Assembly: GCA_965222575.1 (NCBI GenBank)
Contig: OZ244958.1
Location: forward strand, 832,001 to 896,000
DNA from: Alphaproteobacteria bacterium
GTDB taxonomy: Bacteria > Pseudomonadota > Alphaproteobacteria > G965222575
Length of the DNA stretch: 64,000 nt
Reading direction: 5' to 3'
The position numbers and the translations under genes were made by a program. The notes beneath the pieces were generated by a model. It searched no databases. It saw only the letters and a program-made list of their open reading frames with translations, and was not told where the DNA came from. Of this stretch, positions 1 through 10,132 are shown piece by piece. The stretch's first letter is position 1, and every line of letters starts with the position of its first letter.

Positions 1-1010
1 CCTAGGATGATGCCTGTTAGGATACCGGAAGACGCACCGGGTAAAATATGGTGCCAGATGGTTTGAAGGGGTGTTGCCCCAAGAGACAGTGCTGCATCTC
101 TTAGCGTTCTTGGGACGGCTCTTAGGCTCTCACGGGAGGCTACGATGATAATTGGCAATACTAGCATTGCTGTGACGATACCGCCTGTTAAAGAGGAAGA
201 ACGTGGCATATGCAAGTGGTGTAAAAAGATTTTCAACCCTATCATGCCGAACACAATGCTTGGGACGGCTGCGAGATTGTTGATGAGAATTTCTAAAAAG
301 GCTTGAAACCGTGTTTTTTTGCTTACTTCCTCTAGGTATACTGCCGATAAGATACCAAGGGGGACACACACGGCGAAGGCTATGATGAGGGTATAGAAGG
401 AACCGATGAAGGCGACTAATAGTCCTGCTGTTTCTGTTTCACGGCTATCAGTATTTGCGAAAAGCTGATAATTGAATTTTGTGTGGAGATACTGTCTTTC
501 TTGAAGAGACTTTGCGAATGTTCCAAACACTTCCTGATGAACCGGAATGGATAAGCGTTTGGAGGGATGTTTTCGCCATTGGTCTAAAAATCCTGACGCC
601 AACATTGTGATTTTCACCTTTTGCCCTATGTCTTCAGGATGGGACAGAATATACTTATGTACTGCTTCAAATCCGTAAGCGCTCACCAGTTTGTAGAGCA
701 TTTTCTTGTGAGTGAAACTCGTTGCTTGGGGAAAAAGCTCTCTGAGGGATTGGTGAATGAGGGTTGTTGCATATGACCCTGAGTGATTCTGAATTTTATC
801 CGGAGGGGGAATCAGCTCGGGGGATAAGGTAATGGGAAGGGTGATGTGGGTTTTTTGTAAAGCAGGCACGGCTTTTAAGGCTGTGATACCCACTAGGAGG
901 AGAAACACAGAAACTGAGATGACAATAGACAGGAGACAGGTGGTATGGAATACCTTCTCCCATAGCATTCTTTTGCTTTGATTCTGTGGGTTGATGAAGA
1001 GACTAGGCAT
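1..1010 (-). CDS. pstA: Phosphate ABC transporter permease PstA (3' end runs off the window)
   Basis: Manual translation from ATG at 1010 (MPSLFINPQ...) to the edge gives AMLVLPIIIVASRESLRAVPRTLRDAALSLGATPLQTIWHHILPGASSGILTGIIL, an EAA-loop motif; directly downstream of pstC; absent from the ORF track because it is truncated. Confidence 0.9.
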   Translation of the reverse strand, partial: MPSLFINPQNQSKRMLWEKVFHTTCLLSIVISVSVFLLLVGITALKAVPALQKTHITLPITLSPELIPPPDKIQNHSGSYATTLIHQSLRELFPQATSFTHKKMLYKLVSAYGFEAVHKYILSHPEDIGQKVKITMLASGFLDQWRKHPSKRLSIPVHQEVFGTFAKSLQERQYLHTKFNYQLFANTDSRETETAGLLVAFIGSFYTLIIAFAVCVPLGILSAVYLEEVSKKTRFQAFLEILINNLAAVPSIVFGMIGLKIFLHHLHMPRSSSLTGGIVTAMLVLPIIIVASRESLRAVPRTLRDAALSLGATPLQTIWHHILPGASSGILTGIIL

Positions 1011-2217
1011 ATTTTCTTGTTTGGGCTTTCACAAAAGAAAAGGCGATGGAGTTGAGAATAAAGGTGAGGAAGAACAAAGTAAACCCTAGTGCAAAGGCTG
1101 ATAAGGTGCGCGGGTCGTTAAAGGCTTGGTCTCCTGTGAGAAGAGTGACAATCTGAACAGTGACTGTGGTCATGGCTTCCAGAGGATTTAAGGTGAGATT
1201 CCCTATGGTGCCTGCGGCCATGACCACAATCATTGTTTCTCCGATACCGCGGCAAATGCTGAGTAGGAAAGCTGAGACGACTCCAGAGGTTGCTGCTGGC
1301 AAGACAATGAATAAGGACACTTCGCGCTTTGTTGCCCCAAGGGCGAAGCCGCCGGAGCGTAAATCTTGTGGCACAGATAATAAGGCATCATTGGCTAAGG
1401 AAGCTAAAATAGGCATAATCATAAACCCCATGGTTAATCCTACAGCTAATGCGCTCTCAGGGGCAATCTCAACGCCAAGATTTTGCAGTACCGTTTTGAT
1501 AAAAGGAGAAATTGCCGTCACGGCAAAATAACCATAGACCACTGTTGGCACCCCCGCTAGCATTTCAATTAAAGGCTTTACAATCCCCCGCCCCCGCCGC
1601 GTGGCGTACTCTGATAGATAAATGGCGGATAAAAGACCGAGAGGAGCTGCTAGTAAAATTGCAATCAAAGAGGTCATAAACGTTCCCCAAAACAAAGGGA
1701 GCATGCCAAATCCTTCCGATATTACACGGCCGTCTTCAATGCTCACAAAAGCTTGGGAAGACCATTTTGTCCCAAAGAAAAAATCTCTTAAGGGAATCGT
1801 GTCAAAGAATAACAACGTCTCAAATGAAAGAGAAAATAAGATGCCAAAGGTAATGACTAAAGTCATCAGGGAGAGAAGAATTAACCCTTTTTTGACAAGC
1901 TTTTCTAAATGCCTTTGTGGGTTGAAATTGTGCGGTAGAAAATAAATCCTTCCTACTACAGCAAGAAAGCCTATGACACTGGAGGCTAAGGTGACAGACC
2001 CTAGAGATAATACTCCCTTAAAGACAAACAGTCCAAGAACAATGCCAAGTCCGTAAGTGGACAGACTAGCAGCAAGATAAAATGTAAGAGCATACAAGCC
2101 AAGAGTGGAAGCTCTCACAGGGAGAGACAATGTAGCGGCTTTCTTAAGGCCAAAGAAGTATGAAAATACCCCTATGACCAATAAGAAGATAACAAAGGAT
2201 GCAAGAAAGATTCCCAT
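1003..2217 (-). CDS. pstC: Phosphate ABC transporter permease PstC
   Basis: KPLIEMLAGVPTVVYGYF, RGIGETMIVVMAAG and TTVTVQIV motifs; lies between pstS and pstA. Confidence 0.93.
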   Translation of the reverse strand: MGIFLASFVIFLLVIGVFSYFFGLKKAATLSLPVRASTLGLYALTFYLAASLSTYGLGIVLGLFVFKGVLSLGSVTLASSVIGFLAVVGRIYFLPHNFNPQRHLEKLVKKGLILLSLMTLVITFGILFSLSFETLLFFDTIPLRDFFFGTKWSSQAFVSIEDGRVISEGFGMLPLFWGTFMTSLIAILLAAPLGLLSAIYLSEYATRRGRGIVKPLIEMLAGVPTVVYGYFAVTAISPFIKTVLQNLGVEIAPESALAVGLTMGFMIMPILASLANDALLSVPQDLRSGGFALGATKREVSLFIVLPAATSGVVSAFLLSICRGIGETMIVVMAAGTIGNLTLNPLEAMTTVTVQIVTLLTGDQAFNDPRTLSAFALGFTLFFLTFILNSIAFSFVKAQTRKYA

Positions 2218-2251
2218 CGGCGTATTTAATGGGAGGGGTTGGCTTGGCTTA

Positions 2252-3280
2252 TTATAGGCTTTTGATGGTTGCCTGTAGGGACTTGCGTTTTTCAGGAGAT
2301 AGAGGGGTTAAGCCCTTTCCCATGAGATAGCCCTCTTGACCAATGGCTTCTTCAGCAACAAAGGCGCGGATGTATTCAAGCAGTCCCACGATTTTCCCAA
2401 TGTGTGCTTTCTTCACATAGAAAAACAGGGAGCGTGCAAGCTTGTACTGTCCGTTTAGGACTGTTTCAAAGGAGGGCTTTACGCCTTCTACTGCTATGCC
2501 TTTGAGAAGATGAGAGTTACTGAAAAGGAAGCTGAAGCCTAGAATGCCAATGGTGTCCTTGTCTGTAGACAATTTTTGGACAATCAAGTTATCATTCTCT
2601 CCGGATTCGATGTAGAGGTCTTCACGTAGCAAGGCGGCTTCTTTTTTGAAGGCATTTTTATTTTTTGAGGCAAGGGTATTGTAGTAAGGCACTTGTTTTC
2701 CTCCTGTGTGCATGGCGAGTTCTACAAAAGCATCTCGGGTACCAGAAGTCAAAGGAGGCCCTAACACGCGGATTTTTTGTACCGGTAGAGAGGCATTAAG
2801 GTCAGACCATTTTTTGTAGGGGTTATCAATGACCTTGACAGATGATGCAGGGGTTTGCGCTGCGAGTGCAAGGAAGATATCTTTTAACGATAGTGAGAAA
2901 TCACGTCCTTTTTTGGAGATAGCTAATACAATGGCATCATATCCAATTTCTACTTCCACAATATTATGGATACCGTTGGACTGACAGAGGGTGCGCTCTG
3001 CGGTCTTGATAGGTCGTGAGGCGTTGGTAATAGAAGGGGAATCAAGGGAAGCAGAGGAGCAAAAAATCTTCATTCCTCCTCCTGTTCCTGTGCTTTCCAC
3101 TACGGGGGCGTTAAATTTTGTGGTGCGCCCAAAGTGTTCTGCTACCGTTGCGGAAAACGGAAAAACTGTGGAAGAGCCAACAATGTGTATGCTTGCCTGC
3201 ACTGTCAAAGAAGAGAATATTCCAATGACAAGTGCGCAGACGACAACTGTCATGGGAAGAAGGCTACGAAAAGTGTGCAT
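2252..3280 (-). CDS. pstS: Phosphate ABC transporter substrate-binding protein PstS
   Basis: Signal peptide, then IVGSSTVFPF, ESTGTGGG, NASRPIK and GPPLTSGTRDAF motifs. Confidence 0.93.
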   Translation of the reverse strand: MHTFRSLLPMTVVVCALVIGIFSSLTVQASIHIVGSSTVFPFSATVAEHFGRTTKFNAPVVESTGTGGGMKIFCSSASLDSPSITNASRPIKTAERTLCQSNGIHNIVEVEIGYDAIVLAISKKGRDFSLSLKDIFLALAAQTPASSVKVIDNPYKKWSDLNASLPVQKIRVLGPPLTSGTRDAFVELAMHTGGKQVPYYNTLASKNKNAFKKEAALLREDLYIESGENDNLIVQKLSTDKDTIGILGFSFLFSNSHLLKGIAVEGVKPSFETVLNGQYKLARSLFFYVKKAHIGKIVGLLEYIRAFVAEEAIGQEGYLMGKGLTPLSPEKRKSLQATIKSL

Positions 3281-3332
3281 GGGAAAGTACTTGCTTGGTT
3301 TTGCTAGGAACCCTTAAAGAGGATACGCCTTT

Positions 3333-3361
3333 TAAGTAGGGGAAATTTATTTCAATGTCAA
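3333..3361 (-). promoter_or_regulatory. Putative sigma70 promoter for the pst operon
   Basis: Minus strand TTGACA-N17-TACTTA about 50 bp upstream of pstS; the -10 match is weak. Confidence 0.35.
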
Positions 3362-3391
3362 CAAAAAAATTCCTTTTCGTAATTCCTTGTT

Positions 3392-4312
3392 TTATAAGGA
3401 TTTTGAGAGAGGATGATAGGTGTGCAGGACAGATTGAAGAGTACTTGTCATCACATGTGTGTAGATTTGTGTTGTTGAGATATCCTTATGTCCTAACAAA
3501 CATTGTAAAGACCGTAAATCTGCTCCTCCTTCCAATAAATGTGTAGCAAAGGCGTGACGCAATCCATGAGGTGACAACGCAAAGGGCAAGGCGCAAGATT
3601 TTCCAAGGGATTGGAGCAGTTGAAACACACGTTGCCGACTTAAGTGTCCTTTGCGTCTTGATGAGGGGAAAAGCCAGTGAGAAGAAGAGGATGCAAGAGA
3701 TTCATTGCGTTTGACAATCCATTTTTTTAGGGACTGTAAAGCGTTCTGTGACAAAGGGACAAGGCGTTCTTTCTGTCCTTTTCCTAAGACTGTGAGCATT
3801 CTCTTTTCTACCAGAGGCGGAGGATAGGGGAGGGCAATGAGTTCTGAGACTCTGGTACCGCTTGCATAGAGCATTTCTACCATCAAGAGATTACGTATAT
3901 TGTAAGCGGAAGGGTTAGTTTGGTAGTGGTGTTTTAAGGTGTTGAGCAGTGTCTCTACTTCTTTTAGAGACAAAACGTTTGGGTATTTCATCTGTCGTTT
4001 TCCCACGGGGGATTCTGTCCAAAGGTCTTTTTTCAGATGGCGTTCAGAGTACAAAAACTTCAAGAACTGTCTCATGGCAGAGAGTTTTCGTCTCTGTGTT
4101 GCTGGTGAGCAGGAGGAGGATAAGGATTGTTGATAGGCTAATAGCAGGGAGGAAGTGAGTACACTTGCGTGGAGACAGTGTTTCTGTTGGCAAAAGGCAA
4201 GGAAGCCGTTTAGGTCTGTTTTGTAAGCTTCTGTAGTTTTCAAGCTTGCGCCTCGTTCTGAGAGCATCATTTCTAGGAAAGGGTCAAGAAGAGGGTGTAG
4301 GTTACAAGCCAT
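3392..4312 (-). CDS. xerD: Tyrosine recombinase XerD
   Basis: LYASGTRVSEL, GKGQKERLVP and SPHGLRHAFATHLLEGGADLR...LLGHKDISTTQIYTHV; 306 aa. Confidence 0.85.
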   Translation of the reverse strand: MACNLHPLLDPFLEMMLSERGASLKTTEAYKTDLNGFLAFCQQKHCLHASVLTSSLLLAYQQSLSSSCSPATQRRKLSAMRQFLKFLYSERHLKKDLWTESPVGKRQMKYPNVLSLKEVETLLNTLKHHYQTNPSAYNIRNLLMVEMLYASGTRVSELIALPYPPPLVEKRMLTVLGKGQKERLVPLSQNALQSLKKWIVKRNESLASSSSHWLFPSSRRKGHLSRQRVFQLLQSLGKSCALPFALSPHGLRHAFATHLLEGGADLRSLQCLLGHKDISTTQIYTHVMTSTLQSVLHTYHPLSKSL

Positions 4313-5921
4313 GCACCAGGGCGATTTGGACGGCTAGTTGTCTAGCTTTTGGTAAGAGGCCTGCTTTTTTCAATGTATGGACGATTTCAGCTAGTAAGGC
4401 GGGTGGGAGGTCTGTGAAGGGTGCCCCCCCAGTTGCGATGAGAATCAAGCACAGGCGTTTGCCTAGAGGCGTTTTAGGAGGCAAGGTGGATAACTGGTGC
4501 CAAGCGAAGAGCTGGGACTGAGAAAGGGTGAAGGGTTGAGGATTGGGGAAGTGGTTCCATTGAGGTGGGACGAAAATATTTTCGTCCAGTGCAGCGCTTA
4601 GGTGGTGGTAGAGGTGCTCTGTATAGGAAGAGGGGGTGTGAAGAGGGGAGTTGGGAGGAAGAGGTGTCCCATTGAGGAGGGCGTCGTAGGCGGGAGGTAA
4701 GGGCGGCAAGTTCAAAGAGGCGGCAAGGAGCAAGCGTGGGGGGAGTCTTTGAGCTTGCGCTTGCGGTGAGGTGAGAAGGGATTGAAAATGCTTTACATAC
4801 AGGGGTGCGAAGGATAAGAGGAGAGAGGGTGGTGTGAATAAGGACCAAAAGGCTTGGTGTTCTAAATAAGAATTTTGATTTAGTAACGCCATAGTGGCTG
4901 CAAGAGAGAGAAGAGATTGTTCATCAGGGCTTTCTTCTTCCGGTGGAGAGAGCGTGTTTAAGAACGACTCAAAATCAGTGGGAGAAAGAAGTCCTGTTTG
5001 AGAGAAATACAGTGCTCTTTTCAAGCGGGTGAGGCTTGGTAGAAAAGGAATCTCTACAAGTGTTTTTGCGAAAGGAAGAGGAGTGTGTGATAAGTCAAAA
5101 TTGATGGTTGGGGAGTTGTTAGAGAGGTCTATGGACGATAGGGTTTTTAAGAGGGCTGTGTGGAAAGCGGAAAGTTCTGTGGGAGGGGGAGGGGGGGGTG
5201 ACAAGGCAGGGGCGATGCTATCGGGGAAAAACGATAGAAGATGTAAGGTAAAAATGACCTCTTCCTCTAGGGTTTCCATTTTTTCTTGTAGGAGAAACTG
5301 AATATGCAAGTTTCCAAGGGCAACATTATTTCTCCAAAAGCCGCAGGCTGCACGCTTAGCTGTTGTCTGAGCATGAAAGGCGGAGTTTGTTGGCAACGCA
5401 TCTATGAGGCGACAAAAGCTTTCTGTTTTCCCTCTTAACAACAATGCGTCCACAAGATACTTTTTTGTCTCTTCCTGTGCTTCCTGAAAAGCGCCTTTTT
5501 GGTGTAGGGCTACAACGGAGGCTGTATCTCCTGCTTCAAAAAGCTTCTGTACTTGTAGTGCTTTAAGCTTCTGCAAAGAGTCTGCATCCATAGAAGACAG
5601 GACTCTTTCCGCAAGCAAAATTTCTCGTTTCATTTCCCATAATAAAGACGATGAGACCCGAGATGGTAGGGACGAAAACAAAGCGAGCATCTCAGGGGCT
5701 GCACTTCCCCTCCAAAGCACTTTATAATCGGTACTAGGAGAAAATAAGCCGGGAAAAATCACCTCTAAGACAGGAGACTCCTCTAAATGAGAAGAAGGGG
5801 GAGGAGAAGGGGGAAGAGGAGGAGGAGGAGTATGCTCTGCGGCAACCACAACATGCCCTTCTTGCAGTCCTCCTAACCCTACTACGAAAAGAATCCAAAA
5901 TATGAAGAAGAACTGTAACAT
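4302..5921 (-). CDS. Hypothetical exported proline-rich protein
   Basis: 539-aa ORF with N-terminal hydrophobic segment and Pro-rich tracts; overlaps the xerD start. Confidence 0.7.
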   Translation of the reverse strand: MLQFFFIFWILFVVGLGGLQEGHVVVAAEHTPPPPLPPSPPPSSHLEESPVLEVIFPGLFSPSTDYKVLWRGSAAPEMLALFSSLPSRVSSSLLWEMKREILLAERVLSSMDADSLQKLKALQVQKLFEAGDTASVVALHQKGAFQEAQEETKKYLVDALLLRGKTESFCRLIDALPTNSAFHAQTTAKRAACGFWRNNVALGNLHIQFLLQEKMETLEEEVIFTLHLLSFFPDSIAPALSPPPPPPTELSAFHTALLKTLSSIDLSNNSPTINFDLSHTPLPFAKTLVEIPFLPSLTRLKRALYFSQTGLLSPTDFESFLNTLSPPEEESPDEQSLLSLAATMALLNQNSYLEHQAFWSLFTPPSLLLSFAPLYVKHFQSLLTSPQAQAQRLPPRLLLAASLNLPPLPPAYDALLNGTPLPPNSPLHTPSSYTEHLYHHLSAALDENIFVPPQWNHFPNPQPFTLSQSQLFAWHQLSTLPPKTPLGKRLCLILIATGGAPFTDLPPALLAEIVHTLKKAGLLPKARQLAVQIALVHGL

Positions 5922-5926
5922 GGTAA

Positions 5927-6079
5927 TTAAGGGGTGTTCAGAGGGGTAAACTGACTGGAGGGAAGAGCCTTTTTCACTTTGCGTTCTTGGGGGGTGATGA
6001 TGTCAAAAATATCAAAGGCCACGAGACCTCCGAGGATTAAAATGATAACAGACAAGAGAAGATAAATAAAGGATTTCAT
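5927..6079 (-). CDS. Small single-TM hypothetical protein (50 aa)
   Basis: Manual translation MKSFIYLLLSVIILILGGLVAFDIFDIITPQERKVKKALPSSQFTPLNTP*; ends 5 bp before the next gene; below the ORF-track cutoff. Confidence 0.65.
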   Translation of the reverse strand: MKSFIYLLLSVIILILGGLVAFDIFDIITPQERKVKKALPSSQFTPLNTP

Positions 6080-6216
6080 GAGGTAAGGGACTTGAAGAAT
6101 TCCTCCGCTTAGTGTATCACTATCATCCTCCTGTTTTTACTTATTTTTTTTAAGGGTTCTTACTCTTCCGGGCGGGCTTTGCGTCTCTTACCCTGTCCTC
6201 CTGCATGGGGTATGGG

Positions 6217-6540
6217 TTAAGATTTAGGAGGGGGGGGTGTGGAGTTGAGCCAAGAGAAAAAGTCTTGTTCTGCTTTTGCGGGCAGGGCTAGAAGGGCGGG
6301 GGTTTCAAAGGGGTGGATTTTTTTCAGGTAAGTTGTTAGGGGGGCAAGTTTTTCTTTTGGTAATTTCAATAAAACGCCCCATTCTTCTTCTTGGTGAAAG
6401 ATGTTCTCAAAGGTGTACAGACTGTTGATACGCCAAATATTCACACAGCCACACAAGCCTTTGTTGAGGGCTTTCTTTCCTAAGCTGATAGCGCTTTTTT
6501 CCGAGGGGCATGTTGTGTATAAAAGAGAGATATCCTTCAT
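6217..6540 (-). CDS. cutA: Divalent-cation tolerance protein CutA
   Basis: LLYTTCPS...LCGCVNI...SLY...EEEW...IHPFETP; start at 6540 forms an ATGA overlap with the ctaA stop. Confidence 0.85.
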   Translation of the reverse strand: MKDISLLYTTCPSEKSAISLGKKALNKGLCGCVNIWRINSLYTFENIFHQEEEWGVLLKLPKEKLAPLTTYLKKIHPFETPALLALPAKAEQDFFSWLNSTPPPPKS

Positions 6541-7541
6541 GAGGATACCTCCATGATACTGTAGATTCCCCCAATGAAGCCTATGAGCAGAACGCCGCCT
6601 ATTGTGTGGCAAACGCCTAAAAAAGGGGGAAGGTGAAACCATAGTGCTAGTAGACCGATACCAGCTTGAAGGCATAAAAGTACTCCTATGGTGCTTGTCC
6701 ATTTTTTTCCGTGACTTTGCCACCATAGTACCCCTCCTAACACCAAGGCTAGGAGGCCTAATAGTCGGTGGAGAACGTTGAGGGCTACAATATTGTAGAG
6801 TCCTTCCGGTAGAGATTGTAGGATATCGTCAATCACTTCTGTTCCCATGAAGAAGGTATCGTATAGTCTTCCTCCTTGTGTTCCTGCTAGAAGGCTGCCC
6901 ATGAACACTTGTAGAACAATGACTCCTAACAGGAAGCCTGTTGTTCCTTTGAAGAGGGTGTCTGTTGTTTGACGATACCTTATCTCCTTGAGGAGACTAT
7001 TGATGATAAGCCAAAACAGCAAACAGGCTAGTAGTAAATGCGCACTTAAAAAAAGCGCGTTGACTTTGGTATGGGAAAGACCGCTTTTGACCATGAACCA
7101 GCCTAGTGTGCCTTGTGCGCCTATGACAAGGCCTATGATGAGTGTGCGGGTTAGGAAGGCCTTGTGAGCACCTAATAATACTCCTCCCAGAAGGCCAATA
7201 AAGGAGAGTACGCCTAGTCCCCTTGCACTTAGCCTGTGAACATATTCTATCAGATAGAGTCTTTGAAAGGCTTCCAACTTCATATTGGGCCACAGGGCGT
7301 GAAATTGGTGTGTTCCTTTATAGTTCTGAAAAGCTTCCTGCCAAGAATCTGTGTTAAGAGGCGGTAACCAGCCTGTGAGAGGTTTCCACTCCACCATGGA
7401 AAGACCGGCTGTGCTGTGGCGTGTGTAGGAGCCGAGACCCACCACACATAAAGTCATAGCCCCCATGAGGCAAAGCCAGACAATAATCCCTTGTTTATTA
7501 AGGGCTAAACGCTGCTTCAAAGAGAAGTTTTGTGTAGTCAT
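6537..7541 (-). CDS. ctaA: Heme A synthase, COX15/CtaA family
   Basis: GSYTRHSTAGLSMVEWKPLTGWLPP, EYVHR, QGTLGWFMVKSGL and later His motifs; exact start uncertain. Confidence 0.88.
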   Translation of the reverse strand: MTTQNFSLKQRLALNKQGIIVWLCLMGAMTLCVVGLGSYTRHSTAGLSMVEWKPLTGWLPPLNTDSWQEAFQNYKGTHQFHALWPNMKLEAFQRLYLIEYVHRLSARGLGVLSFIGLLGGVLLGAHKAFLTRTLIIGLVIGAQGTLGWFMVKSGLSHTKVNALFLSAHLLLACLLFWLIINSLLKEIRYRQTTDTLFKGTTGFLLGVIVLQVFMGSLLAGTQGGRLYDTFFMGTEVIDDILQSLPEGLYNIVALNVLHRLLGLLALVLGGVLWWQSHGKKWTSTIGVLLCLQAGIGLLALWFHLPPFLGVCHTIGGVLLIGFIGGIYSIMEVSS

Positions 7542-9099
7542 GGGTGGGGGCTTTGAAGAGGTTTTCTGTCTTACCGAACTCTACAATCTTGCCATTTTTC
7601 ATGACATAGCAGACATCTGACATAGACTTCACCACGCGTAAATCGTGAGAAATCAAGACATAAGCTAAGTTGTATTCTTTTTGTAGAGTATGCAAAAGCG
7701 TTAAAATATCCATTTGTACCACTGCATCTAGTGCTGAGGTTGGTTCGTCTAGTATCATAATTTTAGGCTTTAGCACCAGTGCTCTTGCAATGGATATCCG
7801 CTGTCGTTGACCGCCGGAAAATTCGTTAGGATAGCGGGTCTTGACGGCTTTGTCTAGTTGTACTTCGGCTAGGGCTTTATCGATGCGTTTCTCAATATTG
7901 AGGGGAGTTCCTTTCTCATGCACTCTCAGTCCTTCCTCTAAAATCTCTTTCACAGACATACGCGGGCTTAGGCTTCCCCAAGGGTTTTGCAGCACCATTT
8001 GTATGTCTTTACGCCGCGCGCGCATTTTTTTTGTAGAATAGGAGAGAAAGTTTTCCCCTTCGAATAACACTTCTCCTTTTTGGGGGCGTACAAGACGCAT
8101 GAGCGATAACGCAACAGAGGTTTTTCCGCTCCCACTTTCTCCTACAATACCAATGGTTTCCCCGGGATGTAGGTCTAAGGAAACATTATGGACAGCTGTC
8201 AACAGTTTAGGCTTGCTGAAAAATTTTGTGCCCCCACGAGCTTCATAGGCTAAATACACTCCGCGTGCTTGTAATAACGGAACAGGAGAGGCTTTCACCT
8301 CCTTCAATCTTTTTGGAAAAGAAGCAGACAATAACGCCGCTGTGTAAGCTTCCTTAGGGGCGTTCATAATGGTTTTTGTTTCTCCTCTCTCAAGGATTTT
8401 TCCGTCTTTCATAATGCACATATCATTACTAACGCGCTTAGCGAGGTGTAAATCGTGGGTGACAAACAAAAGAGTCATGGACATTTTCTTCTGTAAATCC
8501 AGTAGCAAATCAATAATCTGTTTTTCAATTGTGACATCTAGTGCTGTTGTGGGTTCATCTGCGATGAGGAGGGAGGGCTTATTAGCAACGGCTTGGGCAA
8601 TGAGAATCCGTTGTTGTTCTCCTCCTGATAACTGGTGAGGATAGGCGTACTGTTGGCTTTTAGGGTCTGATAACCCAATAGAGTCTAGAAGTGTGAGCAT
8701 CTTTTCACGCAGTATCTCTTTAGGTAAGCTAGGGTTATGAATCTTAAAGGATTCAATGACCTGACGACCAACTTTATGAAGAGGGTTGAGTGCATTCATT
8801 GGTTCTTGTGGAATAAAAGAGATTTTGTTCCCTCTTAGTTGGCACATTTTGCTTTTTTCTAATCCAATCATCTCCAAGCCGTCTACTTTGATACTGCCTT
8901 GTGCTGTTGCTGTGACAGAGGGCAAGAGGTCAATAATAGAGCGACAGGTCAAGGATTTTCCGCTACCGCTTTCACCGACGATACTTAAGCATTGTCCCTT
9001 TTGTAAGGAGAAGGATATGCCTTTTATGACAGGCGAGTTGTTTCCGAATCGCACCTTTAAGTCTTTTATCTGAAGGAAAGGCTTTGTTGTGTTAGGCAT
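7498..9099 (-). CDS. yejF: Peptide ABC transporter double ATPase YejF
   Basis: Two GESGSGK Walker A motifs, LSGGEQQR/FSGGQRQR, DEPT; start placed at MPNTTK next to the yejE stop. Confidence 0.88.
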   Translation of the reverse strand: MPNTTKPFLQIKDLKVRFGNNSPVIKGISFSLQKGQCLSIVGESGSGKSLTCRSIIDLLPSVTATAQGSIKVDGLEMIGLEKSKMCQLRGNKISFIPQEPMNALNPLHKVGRQVIESFKIHNPSLPKEILREKMLTLLDSIGLSDPKSQQYAYPHQLSGGEQQRILIAQAVANKPSLLIADEPTTALDVTIEKQIIDLLLDLQKKMSMTLLFVTHDLHLAKRVSNDMCIMKDGKILERGETKTIMNAPKEAYTAALLSASFPKRLKEVKASPVPLLQARGVYLAYEARGGTKFFSKPKLLTAVHNVSLDLHPGETIGIVGESGSGKTSVALSLMRLVRPQKGEVLFEGENFLSYSTKKMRARRKDIQMVLQNPWGSLSPRMSVKEILEEGLRVHEKGTPLNIEKRIDKALAEVQLDKAVKTRYPNEFSGGQRQRISIARALVLKPKIMILDEPTSALDAVVQMDILTLLHTLQKEYNLAYVLISHDLRVVKSMSDVCYVMKNGKIVEFGKTENLFKAPTHDYTKLLFEAAFSP

Positions 9100-10132
9100 C
9101 CTTTTGTCCTGATTTTTGAGGGTCAAAGGCATCGCGAATGCCGTCTTGTACCATAATGGTGAGGACTAATAAGGATGAGAGTGTGATAAAGACGGACAAT
9201 CCTATCCAAGGGGAATCCGGATAGCTTTGTGCCTGTTGCATCATTTCCCCTAGTGAAGGAGAGCCGGGCGGAAGACCGAGACCGAGAAAATCCAAAGCTG
9301 TGAGGGAGGTAACGGAAGAGAGTAACATAAAGGGAAAAAATGTCATAGCCGATACTAGGGCATTAGGCAAGACATGGCGGAGCATAATACGGGTATTACT
9401 CACTCCTAGGGCGCGTGCTGCTAGGACATATTGGAGTTTTCGGGTTTTGAGGAACTCTGCCCGTACCATAGGCACCAAAGCGGGCCACCCGAAGAGGCAT
9501 AAAATGCCGAATAATAGGGCAATGGAGGGGGCGAATATTCCGGCCATGATGATTAAAATAAAAAAGCCGGGCAGTCCTTCCCAGATTTCTATGAATCGTT
9601 GTAAAATCAAATCTGTTTTGCCTCCGTAATACCCCTGTACTGCGCCTGCTAAAATCCCTATGGTGCAGAGTAAAAACGATAACACAAACCCAAACAACAC
9701 TGATATGCGATACCCGTAAAGCAACCGTGCTACAATATCTCTCCCCTGATTATCTGTCCCAAGCCAGTTACTTGACGACGGGGGGGCTGGGTGAATATCC
9801 TCTTTGTTTTGCGTGTTGTAGCTATACGGAACAGGAGGCCAATATATCTTGCCGCCTTGCTCTTCAATTAACGCAATCACTTCTTTATCTCTGTAATCTG
9901 CCTTTGTCTCAAAAAATCCCCCGAACTCCGTTTCTGGATAGGAGACAAAAACAGGCAGGTAAATTTTACCGTTGACCGTGACCAACAGGGGATTTTCATT
10001 GGCGAGAAACGGCGATAGCAAACTTAAGAAAAACAACAGAAGAAAGGCCATAAATGACCAAAATGCTAAGCGATTGCGGGCAAAGTCTTTTAGTACACGT
10101 TGCGTTGAAGGACGAAGAGAGAAAAACTTCAT
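9092..10132 (-). CDS. yejE: Peptide ABC transporter permease YejE
   Basis: YPETEFGG, WLGTDNQGRD, ARLLYGYRISVLFG, LDFLGLGLPPGSPSLGE. Confidence 0.9.
   Translation of the reverse strand: MKFFSLRPSTQRVLKDFARNRLAFWSFMAFLLLFFLSLLSPFLANENPLLVTVNGKIYLPVFVSYPETEFGGFFETKADYRDKEVIALIEEQGGKIYWPPVPYSYNTQNKEDIHPAPPSSSNWLGTDNQGRDIVARLLYGYRISVLFGFVLSFLLCTIGILAGAVQGYYGGKTDLILQRFIEIWEGLPGFFILIIMAGIFAPSIALLFGILCLFGWPALVPMVRAEFLKTRKLQYVLAARALGVSNTRIMLRHVLPNALVSAMTFFPFMLLSSVTSLTALDFLGLGLPPGSPSLGEMMQQAQSYPDSPWIGLSVFITLSSLLVLTIMVQDGIRDAFDPQKSGQKDA

Noticed and set aside
130..369. 79-aa ORF from the ORF track
   Set aside because: Alternative frame inside pstA.
3392..4312. Phage or island integrase
   Set aside because: Size, motifs and housekeeping context fit XerD; no att sites or phage genes nearby.
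6541..6726. N-terminal extension of CutA
   Set aside because: Overlaps ctaA; the ATGA-coupled start at 6540 gives a normal-length CutA.
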